From the NCBI GenBank assembly GCA_030770535.1, contig JASVEC010000105.1, positions 1 to 56,974 of the forward strand: a DNA stretch of 56,974 bases, given 5' to 3'. The DNA comes from Batkoa obscura. Taxonomy: Eukaryota. A program made the position numbers and the translations under genes. Numbering within the stretch: the stretch's first letter is position 1; each line of letters opens with the position of its first letter. Below are positions 25,117 to 36,443 of the stretch, piece after piece. The notes beneath the pieces were generated by a model. The model was given only the letters and a program-made list of their open reading frames with translations, did not search any database and was not told the DNA's origin.

Positions 25117-25336
25117 TATACTTAATTTTATGACATTTCGAATTTATTACAAATTAGGGTTTGTCATTTGCCTTTTTTTATCTTTATGTTCTAATGTTCA
25201 GAGCATAATACGGAAAATTAACATGAGATATCATTGGACAAATAAATATGTTTTTGAAATAGTTATGTAATATTAGGTATTGAATAACATAAAGTTATTT
25301 TTATAATCTCTCTTTTTGGAAATTTACTCTCAAGGA

Positions 25337-25438
25337 TATGGGACTGTTTTTTTTAGTTTTATTATTTTCCATTTTTTAAGCACTATTTGAGTGGAAAGAT
25401 TGTAGTAAAATCCTTAAACAAAAAAACACATCCCTATA
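25337..25438. mobile_element. MITE copy
   Basis: TATGGGACTGTTTTT...AAAACACATCCCTATA with the family core. Confidence 0.8.
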
Positions 25439-25802
25439 TATAGTTGCTATAATTAAGCTTTTATATAAAAAATATCATTTTTAAACATAAAAAATGTTTC
25501 CGTTGTAACCAACACCCCTTTTGTTATCTTTGCTCAAAAAAAAAGAGACTATTTTGAAAATAACCATATCATAATTACAGAATAAGTAGGATAATTTATG
25601 AAAATCCTGAACTTTAAATAAAGGTATAAATAAAGTGATAATATTTGATGAGAGTAATATAGACCTTAAATATATTAAATTTTGGAATTTTTGTACTAAA
25701 AATAATTAATAAAATATCAAATAGTAAACGAAAGCGTAGGTTCTAAAATTAAATATGAAAATCAATTGAGATAGATTCAAATAGCGTTTAGATAACAAGG
25801 TG

Positions 25803-26988
25803 CTATTGACCAACTCCGATTTCTCTCATAAACTTCTTAAATTCTAATTCACATAGCTCATTTTCATAAATATTTGAATAGTTCAATTTCATTCTTCCAA
25901 TGAATTCCACACCTATTAGTTTGGTTGTGGTTCCCCAAGACCAGAAGAAAATAAAATACATTACTTACTAAAGCCTTAAGAATGTTACTATCAACCAACT
26001 CGAAATTTCTAGCAACAAAAGCAACATCATGTTTGACTAATTCTTCAATGGTAGTAGTATTGCCGATACTATATATGGTTCTGATTTGAAATCAGGTATG
26101 AAAGCAGCATAGAAGATCCATCTAGAATGGTTCACAAGGAATATTTTTGCTTATAAGCATAGGATAGGCGATCTGAAGTATCAGTTCATTGAATAGTTAG
26201 GAAACCTCAAGGAGTAACTGGAGTATGACGATTTAAAGCATATTTATTTATAGTTTTAGGATGAGGCATTTGATAAACAAAACATGATTTATAAAAAAGA
26301 GCGTGATGAGAATAAAAGATAAAATTACTAAGTGAGGTATCAGTAGAGAATTCCCCAACAATACCAACATGAATACAACTGTGTGGCACACCTTCAAGAT
26401 CTATAGAAAATTTACCAATAGAGGCAATATTTAAATAGAGATTTCCTATTTCGGACCCACCAGTGGTTTATTAGCTAAATACTTTATTACACCTTAAGCA
26501 AATCTCGTCACCACTTCTACCATGTCAATTAAATAATCTAAAATCTTTAAATGGACTATTATCAACATATTAACTATTGTTATTTATTTCCACAAAGTAT
26601 TTGTCAATATCAATGATATTACTGTTGAGGTAATTAGGGTCAACAGTCTAATTCTAGTATGGAATCGTAACTGAAGGATCAATTTTTTTAATCCTTTTTC
26701 CATAAAATATAAAAGATAATGATTCTATACTAAGAAGAATTGTGTGCCATGAATTTTTGGAAATAAGCTGGCATGCATTTTAATGTATCTATCCTATGCA
26801 ATAGGTTTTGTAACACTATTTAATTCCTTTATTTCGCCAAAACAACGGTGCAATTGGTGATTAATTAGATCTTTGATGTCTTTATGAACTTCAAGATCTT
26901 CTGTTTTTTAAAATCGTAGATCTTGACTAGTGATGAAAGCCACAAGTTCTAAGATTGTTAGAGAGACGAGTTCGGTGCTAAAAATCAT
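25803..26988 (-). pseudogene. Tyrosinase pseudogene, inverted paralogue of 55408..56611
   Basis: ATG at 26988 (MIFSTELVSLTILELV); TAA at codon 27; several TGG>TAG/TGA changes; third CuA His codon changed to AAT; PHSCIHVGIVG and FYSHHA CuB remnants. Confidence 0.9.
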
Positions 26989-27472
26989 TTTGTTCAATTC
27001 TAGAACTCTTATTGTAAATCGGAATGTAAAGGAAATTAGGTAGATATGATATTGAGATATATTAAAACAACTTATATGTATGCCGATTACAGAAAGTATT
27101 TATAGCCCAGGACCAAGGTTCCTGCTTTTTAGCCCAAAAATAACTGGTTCTATCCTTTGTAAATCTATACACTGGATGTCATTTCCCTATTTAATTTTAG
27201 TCTTAATTTACTCAAAATCCTTTATACTACAACCAAGTAGATCTATAGGGTATTGGCTTATGTATCATCTTATTTGGCAATTTATAAAATTAAAATATTT
27301 TGAAAACAGTAGTAGTTTGCTATATTTGTTAAAAAAGTTCACTAAATTTAGATTAAAACTATTACTGCTGTGTTTGAATAATGCTACCTTTTAAATGTAA
27401 TAAACTTTCTTATTTAATTCATTATTTTAAAACTCTAAAAGATATGGTCTTTTGTTAAAGAAATAGACTCTA

Positions 27473-27572
27473 TATAGGGGTGTTTTTTTAGCTTTACTTC
27501 TATTTTTTAAGCACTATATTTGAGCAGAAAAATTGGTAGTAAAATTCTTAAATACAAAAATACATCCCCATA
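27473..27572. mobile_element. MITE copy
   Basis: Family core ending AAAAATACATCCCCATA. Confidence 0.8.
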
Positions 27573-27862
27573 TAAAGAGAAAAAACAAAAAAGTTACTTA
27601 TAGACATTGGTTTGTCATAAAGCTTTTGTTATACTCATCACTTACATAAATATCAAAGATTAAAGGAAACAATTAAATAATATTGAATATTGAATCTAAA
27701 GTTTTTGTTGAATTTTTCAAATAATATTATAGCACTTGTGATTTATACTACTTTTAAGAATTATTATTAGTTAATTCAAATCTAAGTTCATTTATTTTCA
27801 CAGTTTGGTTGTTTGCGAAAATTGTAAATTAAGCACAATTACTATAAATAGTTTACCTTGTA

Positions 27863-27966
27863 TATGGGAGTGTTTTTTTGATTTCATTACTTTTTCCATT
27901 TTCTAAGCGCTATTTAAGTGGAAAATTTGTTAGTGAAATTCTTAAACACAAAAACACATTCCCATA
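27863..27966. mobile_element. MITE copy
   Basis: TATGGGAGTGTTTTTTT...AAGCGCTATTTAAGTGGAAA...AAAACACATTCCCATA. Confidence 0.85.
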
Positions 27967-28719
27967 TCTTGAAATAAATCGTATTATACTAAATTCCTAT
28001 CTAAAACGCTAAAATTTCGTCTGGAAATTCAGCAGTTACTGACTCAAAGGCTCTAGGTTTGTTCTACAATTAGTTACAGTTACACAAGGCGGAGTATATT
28101 TCTGCCAAATTCATTCTTTCCTTTACAGAACCAGGGTTGGTAGAATTTAAAGTCCTTACAATTTTAGCATAATATCGAAAGTGATTAGCTCTCCTCCTCA
28201 TTCTTCCCTTGATTGTTGTCCTACCACTATCAAATTGTTTCATTTTTCTTCATCCATCAATAAAGTACTTGGTTGTTTTGTTTCACTTACAAGGTCTTTT
28301 AAAACAACCCACTGTAATATTTTGCAATATTTATTAATACTATTCTTTAAATTTCATGTTGAATAGAAGTGAACAAAAGGATAAAAAAGGATACTTCCAT
28401 ACAGGTTTTGAAAAATTAACCTAAATCAAACTGGAAAATTTCATATTTAATCTAATAAATTTTTACACTTGCTCATCTAAAAAAGGACAAACTGTATTAA
28501 GTTTGCTTTTTTAATTAACAAAATCTAGTTTACCGTGTCACTAAAACCCTAATAAATTATTATTATATTTTTTTCAATGGTTTATTATTACATTAGGAAC
28601 AAAGTAGAAAATCATTCTCGCCCCAGATGATTGAATTATTGATTTCATTAGAATAACCTTGATAATAAAAAAGTCAAAACTATATAATAAAGTAACATAT
28701 ACTAAAAGTTTATTTTTTG

Positions 28720-30085
28720 ATGAAGCAAAAGTCAAGTATAAAAGAGGAGAGTTCAATAAACTTTAATGAAGATCATTCAAATGATTTAGACGATAAGCTA
28801 ATATTACCCGATGGTGGTTATGGTTGGTTGATAGTGGTTGCAAGTTTTTTGATGCAAGCTTGTTCCTTTGGGGTTGCAGCTGGATTTGGTGTATTTGTTG
28901 AATTTTACTATAAAAATGTGTTCGAAGGTGCTAAATATTCAGAGATAGCTTTGATAGGTACCGTTGCTCCAACCACAATGGCTTTTATATCTATTGTGAC
29001 AGGAAGACTATGTGATCTATTTGGCTTTAAGGCTTGTGCTTTTGCTGGGGCTGCAGTAGTAACCTTAAGCTATATATTGGCCTCCTTTTCAACCGAGGTA
29101 ACTTTATTAAGTTATAATATATCGTTTAAATTAATCTTATTAGATTTGGCACTTAATTATAACTCAAGGTTTTTTGTTTGGGGTAGGAGGGGGCTTAATT
29201 TATGTTCCAGCGAACACGGTAATAGCACATTGGTTTGATAAATATCGAGGATTAGCTACAGGAATAGGAACAGCAGGTTCTGGTATTGGAGGCATGGTGT
29301 TTAGTTTGTTAAATGCTAAATTGTTGCCTTATTCTGGATATCAGTGGACATTAAGATACAATGCTTTCATCCTTTTAGCCTGTTTAGTGTTTTCTGCTAT
29401 CATTATCAAACCATATATTAAGCGAGACAAAAATACTGATAAGAAAAAAGTACCATTTAAAAAAGAAATGATTTTAAATGGTAAGTTTATTCTTCTCGGT
29501 TTCTCAAGCGTTTTTGCTGCTTTTGGATATTTGGTTCCGTTATACTTTTTACCCACGTATGCAACTTCAATTGGTTTAACGCCAAGTGAGGGTGCCACTT
29601 TAATTGCTGTGTTAAGTGTTTGTAATTCAATTGGAAGAGTCGTGTTTGGGATTATTGGAGATAGATTTGGACATTTCGAAATCTATAGTTTAAGTTTACT
29701 TTTATCAAGTTTACTTTTGGTTGTTTGGCGCTTCGCATTTAATTTCCCACTTTTACTTGTATTCTCTGTTTTATATGGTTTCCCCGCAGGTGGGTTTGCA
29801 GGTGGGTTTTCGACAGCATGTGCAGTATTATTTGGTAAGATTAATTTTAACTTTGTTCTTTTATAGCTTATTATTCTAGGTGTTGAAAACCTATCCACTA
29901 TGATGGGATTAGCCTATGCACCAACTGGGCTTGGTGATTTAGCAGGACCACCGTTAGGTGGGCTTATCTTTGATTTTACTCAAGATTATTCCAATATCAT
30001 TTATTATGGAATATGTCTATACTTTTTGAGCTTCATTTTTGTTGCCATTATAAAAGTTTTGTATTTAAGAAAAACAGTTCAATAA
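28720..30085 (+). CDS. MFS monocarboxylate-transporter-like (MCH/SLC16) protein; introns 29098..29143 and 29835..29879
   Basis: PDGGYGWLIVVASF, GRLCDLFG, WFDKYRGLATGIGTAGSGIGG, GRVVFGIIGDRFG, GPPLGG; the two GT-AG introns join three ORFs in frame. Confidence 0.92.
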
Positions 30086-30514
30086 ATAAAGTAAAAACAA
30101 ATATTATATTATAATAAAATCTCCGAATTTATTTTTTATAAATATATAGCATTTTTGCTAGATATTAAACATTTTTAATTAATATACCCATTAAAAAGTA
30201 GTTTAACTTTTTAAATATAAATGATAAGCCTTTATAAGTAATTCCTTACGATATAGCTTTTTAATTAAAATTTGATAGTTTTTAAGAATCTATCAAGTCC
30301 TCTAGGTTAAGGTCCTTCGTGTTTATTCCGATAAAAATCAATGTTAAGGAATAAAAATTTGTTACTTAAATTTAAATGAGAATAATTTTTTGAGATTAGT
30401 TCAAAAGCTATTTTATCACAAACAAGTTATGTTAGAATGAAACAAAAAACTTCGGGGAAAATACGTAATTAAACGACAGCAATAAACTTTATATTTAAAA
30501 GATGGAAAACAGTA

Positions 30515-30613
30515 TTTGGGGATGTATTTCTGTGTTTAAGAATTTTACTAATAAATTTTCCGCTTAAATAGCACTTAAAAAATGGAAAAAATAATGAAAA
30601 AAAACACTCCCAT
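30515..30613. mobile_element. MITE copy (reverse orientation)
   Basis: TGGGGATGTATTT...AATTTTACTAATAAATTTTCCGCTTAAATAGCACTTAAAAAATGGAAAAA...CACTCCCAT. Confidence 0.82.
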
Positions 30614-30645
30614 TCGATGCTTTAAATTTCAATATTTGTAGTAAA

Positions 30646-31097
30646 TTATAACATTTTACGCATAACAATATTAGCTCTACTATAACTTGGATGCTGTCCT
30701 AAATGAATCGTTTCGAATCCATACTTTTTATAAAGATTATAGCAGGCTCTAATTTAGTATTAGATATAATTAGGATACTTTTATATCCTTTATCCTTAAC
30801 CCATTTTATAGAAGCATCCATCAATATCTTAGATAAACCTTGTCCTTTATACCCATCATCCACCGCTAACTTACTCAATTCATATTCATCCCCATGCTTC
30901 ATCATCGCAACAGTACCAATTACTTTATCTTTGTCTAACAGAAAAAAAATTTCACCGCCATCATTGACGATCGTTTCTGGATATTCGAATTGCTTTGTGT
31001 CTGCTTCTTCAACTTCAAAGAATTCTTGAACCCATTTTAAATTTAGCCGTTTAAACTCATATTTATATTTTTCATCCCAAGTAATACATTCTACCAT
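30646..31097 (-). CDS. GNAT N-acetyltransferase, intronless, with a 1-nt deletion near 30737 (error or recent lesion)
   Basis: YELSKLAVDDGYKGQGLSKILM acetyl-CoA motif A and SNTKLEPAI. Restoring one A (ATA AAT) gives NLYKKYGFETIHLGQHPSYSRANIVMRKML*, which contains the expected LY.K.GF motif; 150 aa. Confidence 0.85.
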
Positions 31098-31898
31098 TTT
31101 TAAACGTTAATAAATTTATAAAAATATTAAAGTTTTATTTGATTTGATGGGTATCACTTAGTGTTTTATACTATCTTTTTTGAGTCATGTTTAATTTTCG
31201 CTTCTGTTAAACCGTGACAACCTATTCATTCTAGATATTTCGATCCTTTGAGTTGATTACTAATGCTTTATATTGCATAAAACTAATGTAACTTATGACT
31301 AGTTTATATTCTTTAAAGTATAAAATTAACATATAAGGACGTTCAAATTGGCTTAATTTTTTTATCTAATTCCTAAATATTTTGTATTTTAAAAACTTTC
31401 TTGAGATTTTATAATGAATTCTTTGTTAAAAAGCAGTACTTAACATAGATTTAAATTACTTTATTATAATTTATATTGTAAGTTAGCAGAATTTCTACTA
31501 AATTTAATAAAAACTCATGGATTAGTAAGGCTTTTATATAATTATTTATCAATATTAATCAAATCTATATGTTAATAAATAAACAAATAATTTTAATATT
31601 ATAGTCACATTAATATATCACTAAGTTGATAAATTTTTTGTTATTTTTACAAGATAAGCTAGAGTTACTTTTTTTATTTTTTTATTTTTTATAAGCTTTA
31701 TAGCTTTAATTAGAGTTGTGTTACTTTTTTTGATCTATTAGATATCAGATAATAATATAGTTTACTATTATGTTTAATAAAATATGAATACTTTCTGATG
31801 TTCTATGTATTTTTGTTTTATAATTTCTGTTTTATAATTTTTTTCTCATTTTATTTTTTGTTATTATAGTTATTTATTTATTAGATTTTTTTTAATCA

Positions 31899-32645
31899 TA
31901 TGGGGGCGTTTTTTTGGCTTTATTACTTTTTCCATTTTTTAAGTCCTATTTGAGTGGAAAAATTATTAGTAAAATTCTTAAACATAAAAGTACATCCCCA
32001 TATACTAAACACATATACTATGTAAATTTGTTTTTTTCATTGTATTTTTGAAATTATTTAAATATATTTGAAAGATATTAACCTAGTTACTACTTTATTT
32101 TTCAAATTACTAAAACAGTTATTATATATCATTTCTTTACGTTTATTTAACATGGGGGAGTGTTTTTTTTGACTTCGTTATTTCTCCATTTTTTAAACGC
32201 TATTTGAATGGAAAGATTGTTAATAAAATGGAGGAAGTGATAAAATCAAAAAAACATTTTCACATATATGTTATTTAATAAATACTTATTAACACTACTT
32301 CTTTTATTAAACCTTGATAGAATTGTTGAATTGTTAAATACTATATGAGGATGTTTTTTTTTGTTTAAGAATTTTACTAACAATCTTTCCACTTAAATAG
32401 CGCTTAAAAAATGGAAAAATAATGAAATCAAAAAAAACATCCCCATATGATAATTTTGATTTGATTATTTTTGATTTTTTTCATATTTTCAATAATAAAC
32501 CATAGCGTTGATATCTTGTCATTATTAATTGTTTTTAAATAATTATGTGGGTTTTTTTTTTGGCTTCATTACTTTTTCCATCTTTCAAGCACATTTGAGT
32601 AGAAAAATTGGTAGTAAAATTCTTAAATACAGAAATACATCCCCA
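31899..32645. mobile_element. Cluster of four MITE copies: 31899..32002, 32152..32267 (rearranged end), 32344..32447 (reverse), 32544..32645
   Basis: Each shows TATG(G/A)GG..T-run / A-run..CATCCCCA termini and the shared core. Confidence 0.87.
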
Positions 32646-33109
32646 TGTGAAATATCGTTTTGTCAGTCCCATGGTTAATTATAGCATAACAATCGCCTAA
32701 GCTGTTGTGTTCTCGAGTTTAGAGAAAATCAATCCCACGTCCTGAGTTTGATTTGCTAAGAGAATTTCTAGCTCTATCCAAAAGAATATTATCTTCTCAT
32801 TTTGGTATTTATAGTTTTCAGAGTATAAAAGAGTTTACAGAGTATAGTAGTTCGAGACTTTTTAACTGAATTATTCCCTGATATCTCGAACATTTAATAA
32901 AGCCGCTAAGTTTTCTTAATAATATTTTATGTAGATTTTACAGTAGTATTGTTTATTATATTTGTTTTACATAGTCTGTAGCCTATTACGTGCTATTACT
33001 CATAATCTAAGTCTATCTTAGTCACATAAACTAAGACCTTTCGACTTATAGTGTAGTCAACCCAGCAATATCTGTCCTTGACTCCAAACACTGGGTGCTA
33101 GATTTCACA
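32646..33109 (+). mobile_element. Solo-LTR-like element, 464 bp, copy 1
   Basis: TGTGAAAT...ATTTCACA 8-bp terminal inverted repeat (TG..CA); TATAAAA at 32824, AATAAA at 32896; same-length direct copy at 53527..53990; no TSD visible. Confidence 0.8.
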
Positions 33110-33565
33110 GTGTATTAATATTAACTTGAAATAGTTCATTTTGTTTTTAAACCCAGCTCACTTTTTAAGATAATTAGAACATAATCTATGATAGATAAAT
33201 TTAATAATAGCAATAGTGGACATGAATAATTAAAGTCTACCTATTTTATACCTTAATAGTATTAGTATCTTGCTTTTTTTATGAGATAAATCGCTACAAT
33301 TAAATGTATTGAAATCTGAAGCTTGTTATATCTTGACATTCTCGTAAGTGAAACCGAAATCCATCAAGCTGGAACAAAATTTAATTTTTTAATTTAAACA
33401 TTGATTGTAACTAAAAATGATAATGTATAGTTTAAAGGTAATACCTGAAAAAGCCATCGTATTTTTGAGTATATTAACTAAGTCCAAATAATAAAAACAA
33501 AATAAAATTCTATCTTTTTAGATGCTTATAGTATTTAGTATAGTATTTTTTATTCTGAACTAGCA

Positions 33566-33669
33566 TATGGGTATGTTTTTTTGATTTCATCACTTTTTCT
33601 ATTTTTTAAGCGCTATTTGAGTGGAAGGATCGTTAGTAAAATTCTTAAACAAAAAAATACATCCCCATA
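33566..33669. mobile_element. MITE copy
   Basis: TATGGGTATGTTTTTTT...AAGCGCTATTTGAGTGGAAG...AAAAATACATCCCCATA. Confidence 0.87.
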
Positions 33670-34835
33670 TTGAGTTAGAAGTATTATCTTAATGAATTTA
33701 TTCATTTTAGAGTTGTTATTTCAAACTAATATATTAGTTTCAATTTTTTTAAAATATAGAGGTAGATATCAGTATTTATATATAGTAGTAGCTTGCTCCT
33801 TTCAAGAATGGGACTCTTTAGGGCAAAAAAATATTTATGAGAAAACAAAATGTATAAAGGCAGTATTAAGCTTTATATTATTTACATCTACTCATATTGG
33901 AAGAGCATTAGTAGACTGAGCAAATTTGGTACATCTTTATCTCAATTGATTTGAAACTAGGTAAATAAAATTATTAAGTTCTAATTAATCCCCTTTAATA
34001 GATTGTAAATGCCTAATAAAATTGTTATAAAACTGTAGTTTTTAACTTATAAAATGATAAAATAGAGTGTATTGTGATATATTATTATTTTTGTAAATTT
34101 ATTAAAAATTGAACTTATGTTTTTAGCTTTTATTTTTATACTGTATTAGCTATTTCACAATTAAATTAGGATAGTTTTTATATTTATTGTAACAAACTCA
34201 TCTCTTATTTAAAAAATAAATGACATGCTCACATTCAATAATAAATATGAAAACAATCTATAAGGTTCTTTTTGTGTTATTGAAGAGACAAAAAAAGCTC
34301 TTAAGTGGCTTATTAACAAGCAAAATAGAAAGGGCTATTTATAACTAAAATCATAATCTTATAATAACAATTTAATACTATAGTTTTTTCCAAAGGGATG
34401 ATTTAATCCTTTAATAAATTACTGTTCGTTTTGATTTTGTTTAGGAATAAATTAGTAGTTAAAATTAAGCTGGATTAAATTGAGGTATTTTTAAAAACTC
34501 ATATTCATACAAAACTATCAAATCTATAAGTTATAATTAGACGTGATTGTATTTTTTTAATTATATGTTTATAGTTATAATATTTCATATGTTACATTTG
34601 ATTATAATATATTAACTATAGCTATCCTGTTTTGATAGATAAATTTATTAAAATTTAATACTGTTCTTTATTGACTAATGAAATTACTATATTTATCAAT
34701 AATTTAAAAATAAAGATGAAGAACAAAGAAAAACTAATATATTTATGTAAAGCTTTCTTTTATGAACTAATCCTAATTAAACAGTAATACATTAAAGTAT
34801 ATAAAGGATTCCAAATTCTTTTCAAATCTACTTTA

Positions 34836-36443
34836 ATGATTTTCTATAATTCTTTTGTAGTCCTGTTTGGACTTGTCGCTCAACTACTGGTAGTTAATGG
34901 CCAGTCTTTAGGCCCATTAAATAAATGTCCTAATGAAGCAAAACAAAGACCAAGTATTTATACATTGACAGATCAACAATGGGATACTTACGTCTCAGCT
35001 GTAAAGAAATTAAACTCTGGTCCAAGACCCACCTTTTGGGATAAAATGGCCATTTTACATCATGAAGTTTACAAGGAGGTACATGGTACTAAATCTTTCC
35101 TTGCATGGCATCGAGTTTATTTAAGAATAATGGAATTAGAACTACAAAAGATTGATCCTTCTATTATGATTCCTTTTTGGGATTGGAGTAGATATTCTCA
35201 AGCCCCTGAAAAGGATGCTGTATTAACAAATCGTCGATTTGGTTTTGACGGGGATAAAAATACCAATTGTATAAGTGGCGGTTCTTTCAAGAACACTACT
35301 GTATACTATGAAGGTGATGGAAAATCACAGGAACATTGCGTTCGTCGTAAAATTCAAAAGATGGACAAAAAAGCAATCACCTTATTAAGTTCTGAAGTGA
35401 TCGATGGTGTTACTTTAAACAAACCAGATTTCTCTAGCTTTGCTTCGAACATTGAGATCTCTCACGCTTATTTACATAATTTTGTTGGTGCTGACTTCTG
35501 CGGTCACACTTCCCCCAATGACCCCTTATTTTACTCCCATCATGCTTTTATTGATAAAATTTGGTTTGATTGGTCTAAAAGACACCCAGAAAAAGAGTAC
35601 ACTTATGCTTTTGATAACACAATCGCTGATATGGATTCAAAGTTATATAAATTTGACCTTTCTGTAAGGGATGTTCTCAATCCTGCAGAAAAATTATGTT
35701 ATATCTATCCAGAAGATAATTTTAAATATGACGTCAATAAAAATCAAACTTCAACGGATAAACCAATAACTTCAGCAACCTCCTCAGGAAGCTCTACCAC
35801 TCTTACTAGTACTTCTACCTCAACTAGTACTTCAAATATAAAAATAGAAACTTCTGGAACTTCCTCCACTGTTATCAAATCAGAAGTATCTTCTACCCAA
35901 TTTGAAACTGTACCAACTTATTCCAAGTATTCAAAAGTTGTCCATAATGCAATCCCAACTTCTGAACCAGAAATCAATAATGATGAATTTTCTTCTGACG
36001 AAAGCTCTAACCAAGGTCATCTCATTCGTAGAGTTGACGATTTGATGATCATCTCTTCCAAGTCTTCTTATGATATTTTATCCTCTGATGTTGAAGAATT
36101 CGTCGAAGTCGAATGTGATGAAGAAAAAGAATTGACTGATTATGTTACCGAATATGTAATGAAAGGTGTTACTGCACCCAAAGTATCTGACCGTCAAGAT
36201 ATGGAACAAATCCGTGTACCACCCGTTTTCTCAGAAGAATTTTTATTAATGATGAACTATAATATCGTTGAAGTACGTAAATATGAACGTTTGAATGCGT
36301 TATATATTAGCAAACTTAATGAAGAAAGAAAGAATAATCCTTTGCGTTGTGCTTTAGGAAACTTAGACAGTTTTCCTAAACTCCCAGAACCAAGTAAACG
36401 TAAGTGTCACAAAAAGAAGGGAAGTTCGACCAAAGAGAACTAG
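34836..36443 (+). CDS. Secreted tyrosinase (type-3 di-copper) with Ser/Thr-rich linker and C-terminal domain, intronless
   Basis: Signal-peptide-like N-terminus; CuA ILHHEVYKEVHGTKSFLAWHR; IPFWDWS; CuB HAYLHNFVG..SPNDPLFYSHHAFIDKIW; LCYIY. Confidence 0.93.
   Translation: MIFYNSFVVLFGLVAQLLVVNGQSLGPLNKCPNEAKQRPSIYTLTDQQWDTYVSAVKKLNSGPRPTFWDKMAILHHEVYKEVHGTKSFLAWHRVYLRIMELELQKIDPSIMIPFWDWSRYSQAPEKDAVLTNRRFGFDGDKNTNCISGGSFKNTTVYYEGDGKSQEHCVRRKIQKMDKKAITLLSSEVIDGVTLNKPDFSSFASNIEISHAYLHNFVGADFCGHTSPNDPLFYSHHAFIDKIWFDWSKRHPEKEYTYAFDNTIADMDSKLYKFDLSVRDVLNPAEKLCYIYPEDNFKYDVNKNQTSTDKPITSATSSGSSTTLTSTSTSTSTSNIKIETSGTSSTVIKSEVSSTQFETVPTYSKYSKVVHNAIPTSEPEINNDEFSSDESSNQGHLIRRVDDLMIISSKSSYDILSSDVEEFVEVECDEEKELTDYVTEYVMKGVTAPKVSDRQDMEQIRVPPVFSEEFLLMMNYNIVEVRKYERLNALYISKLNEERKNNPLRCALGNLDSFPKLPEPSKRKCHKKKGSSTKEN

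Noticed and set aside
27080..27394. 104-aa ORF
   Set aside because: Lies in the duplicated tyrosinase upstream region, I saw no matching ORF at ~55000..55330, and its composition is typical of AT-rich noise.
31899..33669. CRISPR-like or satellite array
   Set aside because: Repeats are ~100 bp, in mixed orientation, irregularly spaced and diverged; the context is eukaryotic and no cas genes are present.
20962..36443. Secondary-metabolite gene cluster (transporters, GNAT, tyrosinase)
   Set aside because: No backbone synthase, genes are widely spaced by repeats, and no shared regulatory motif was seen.
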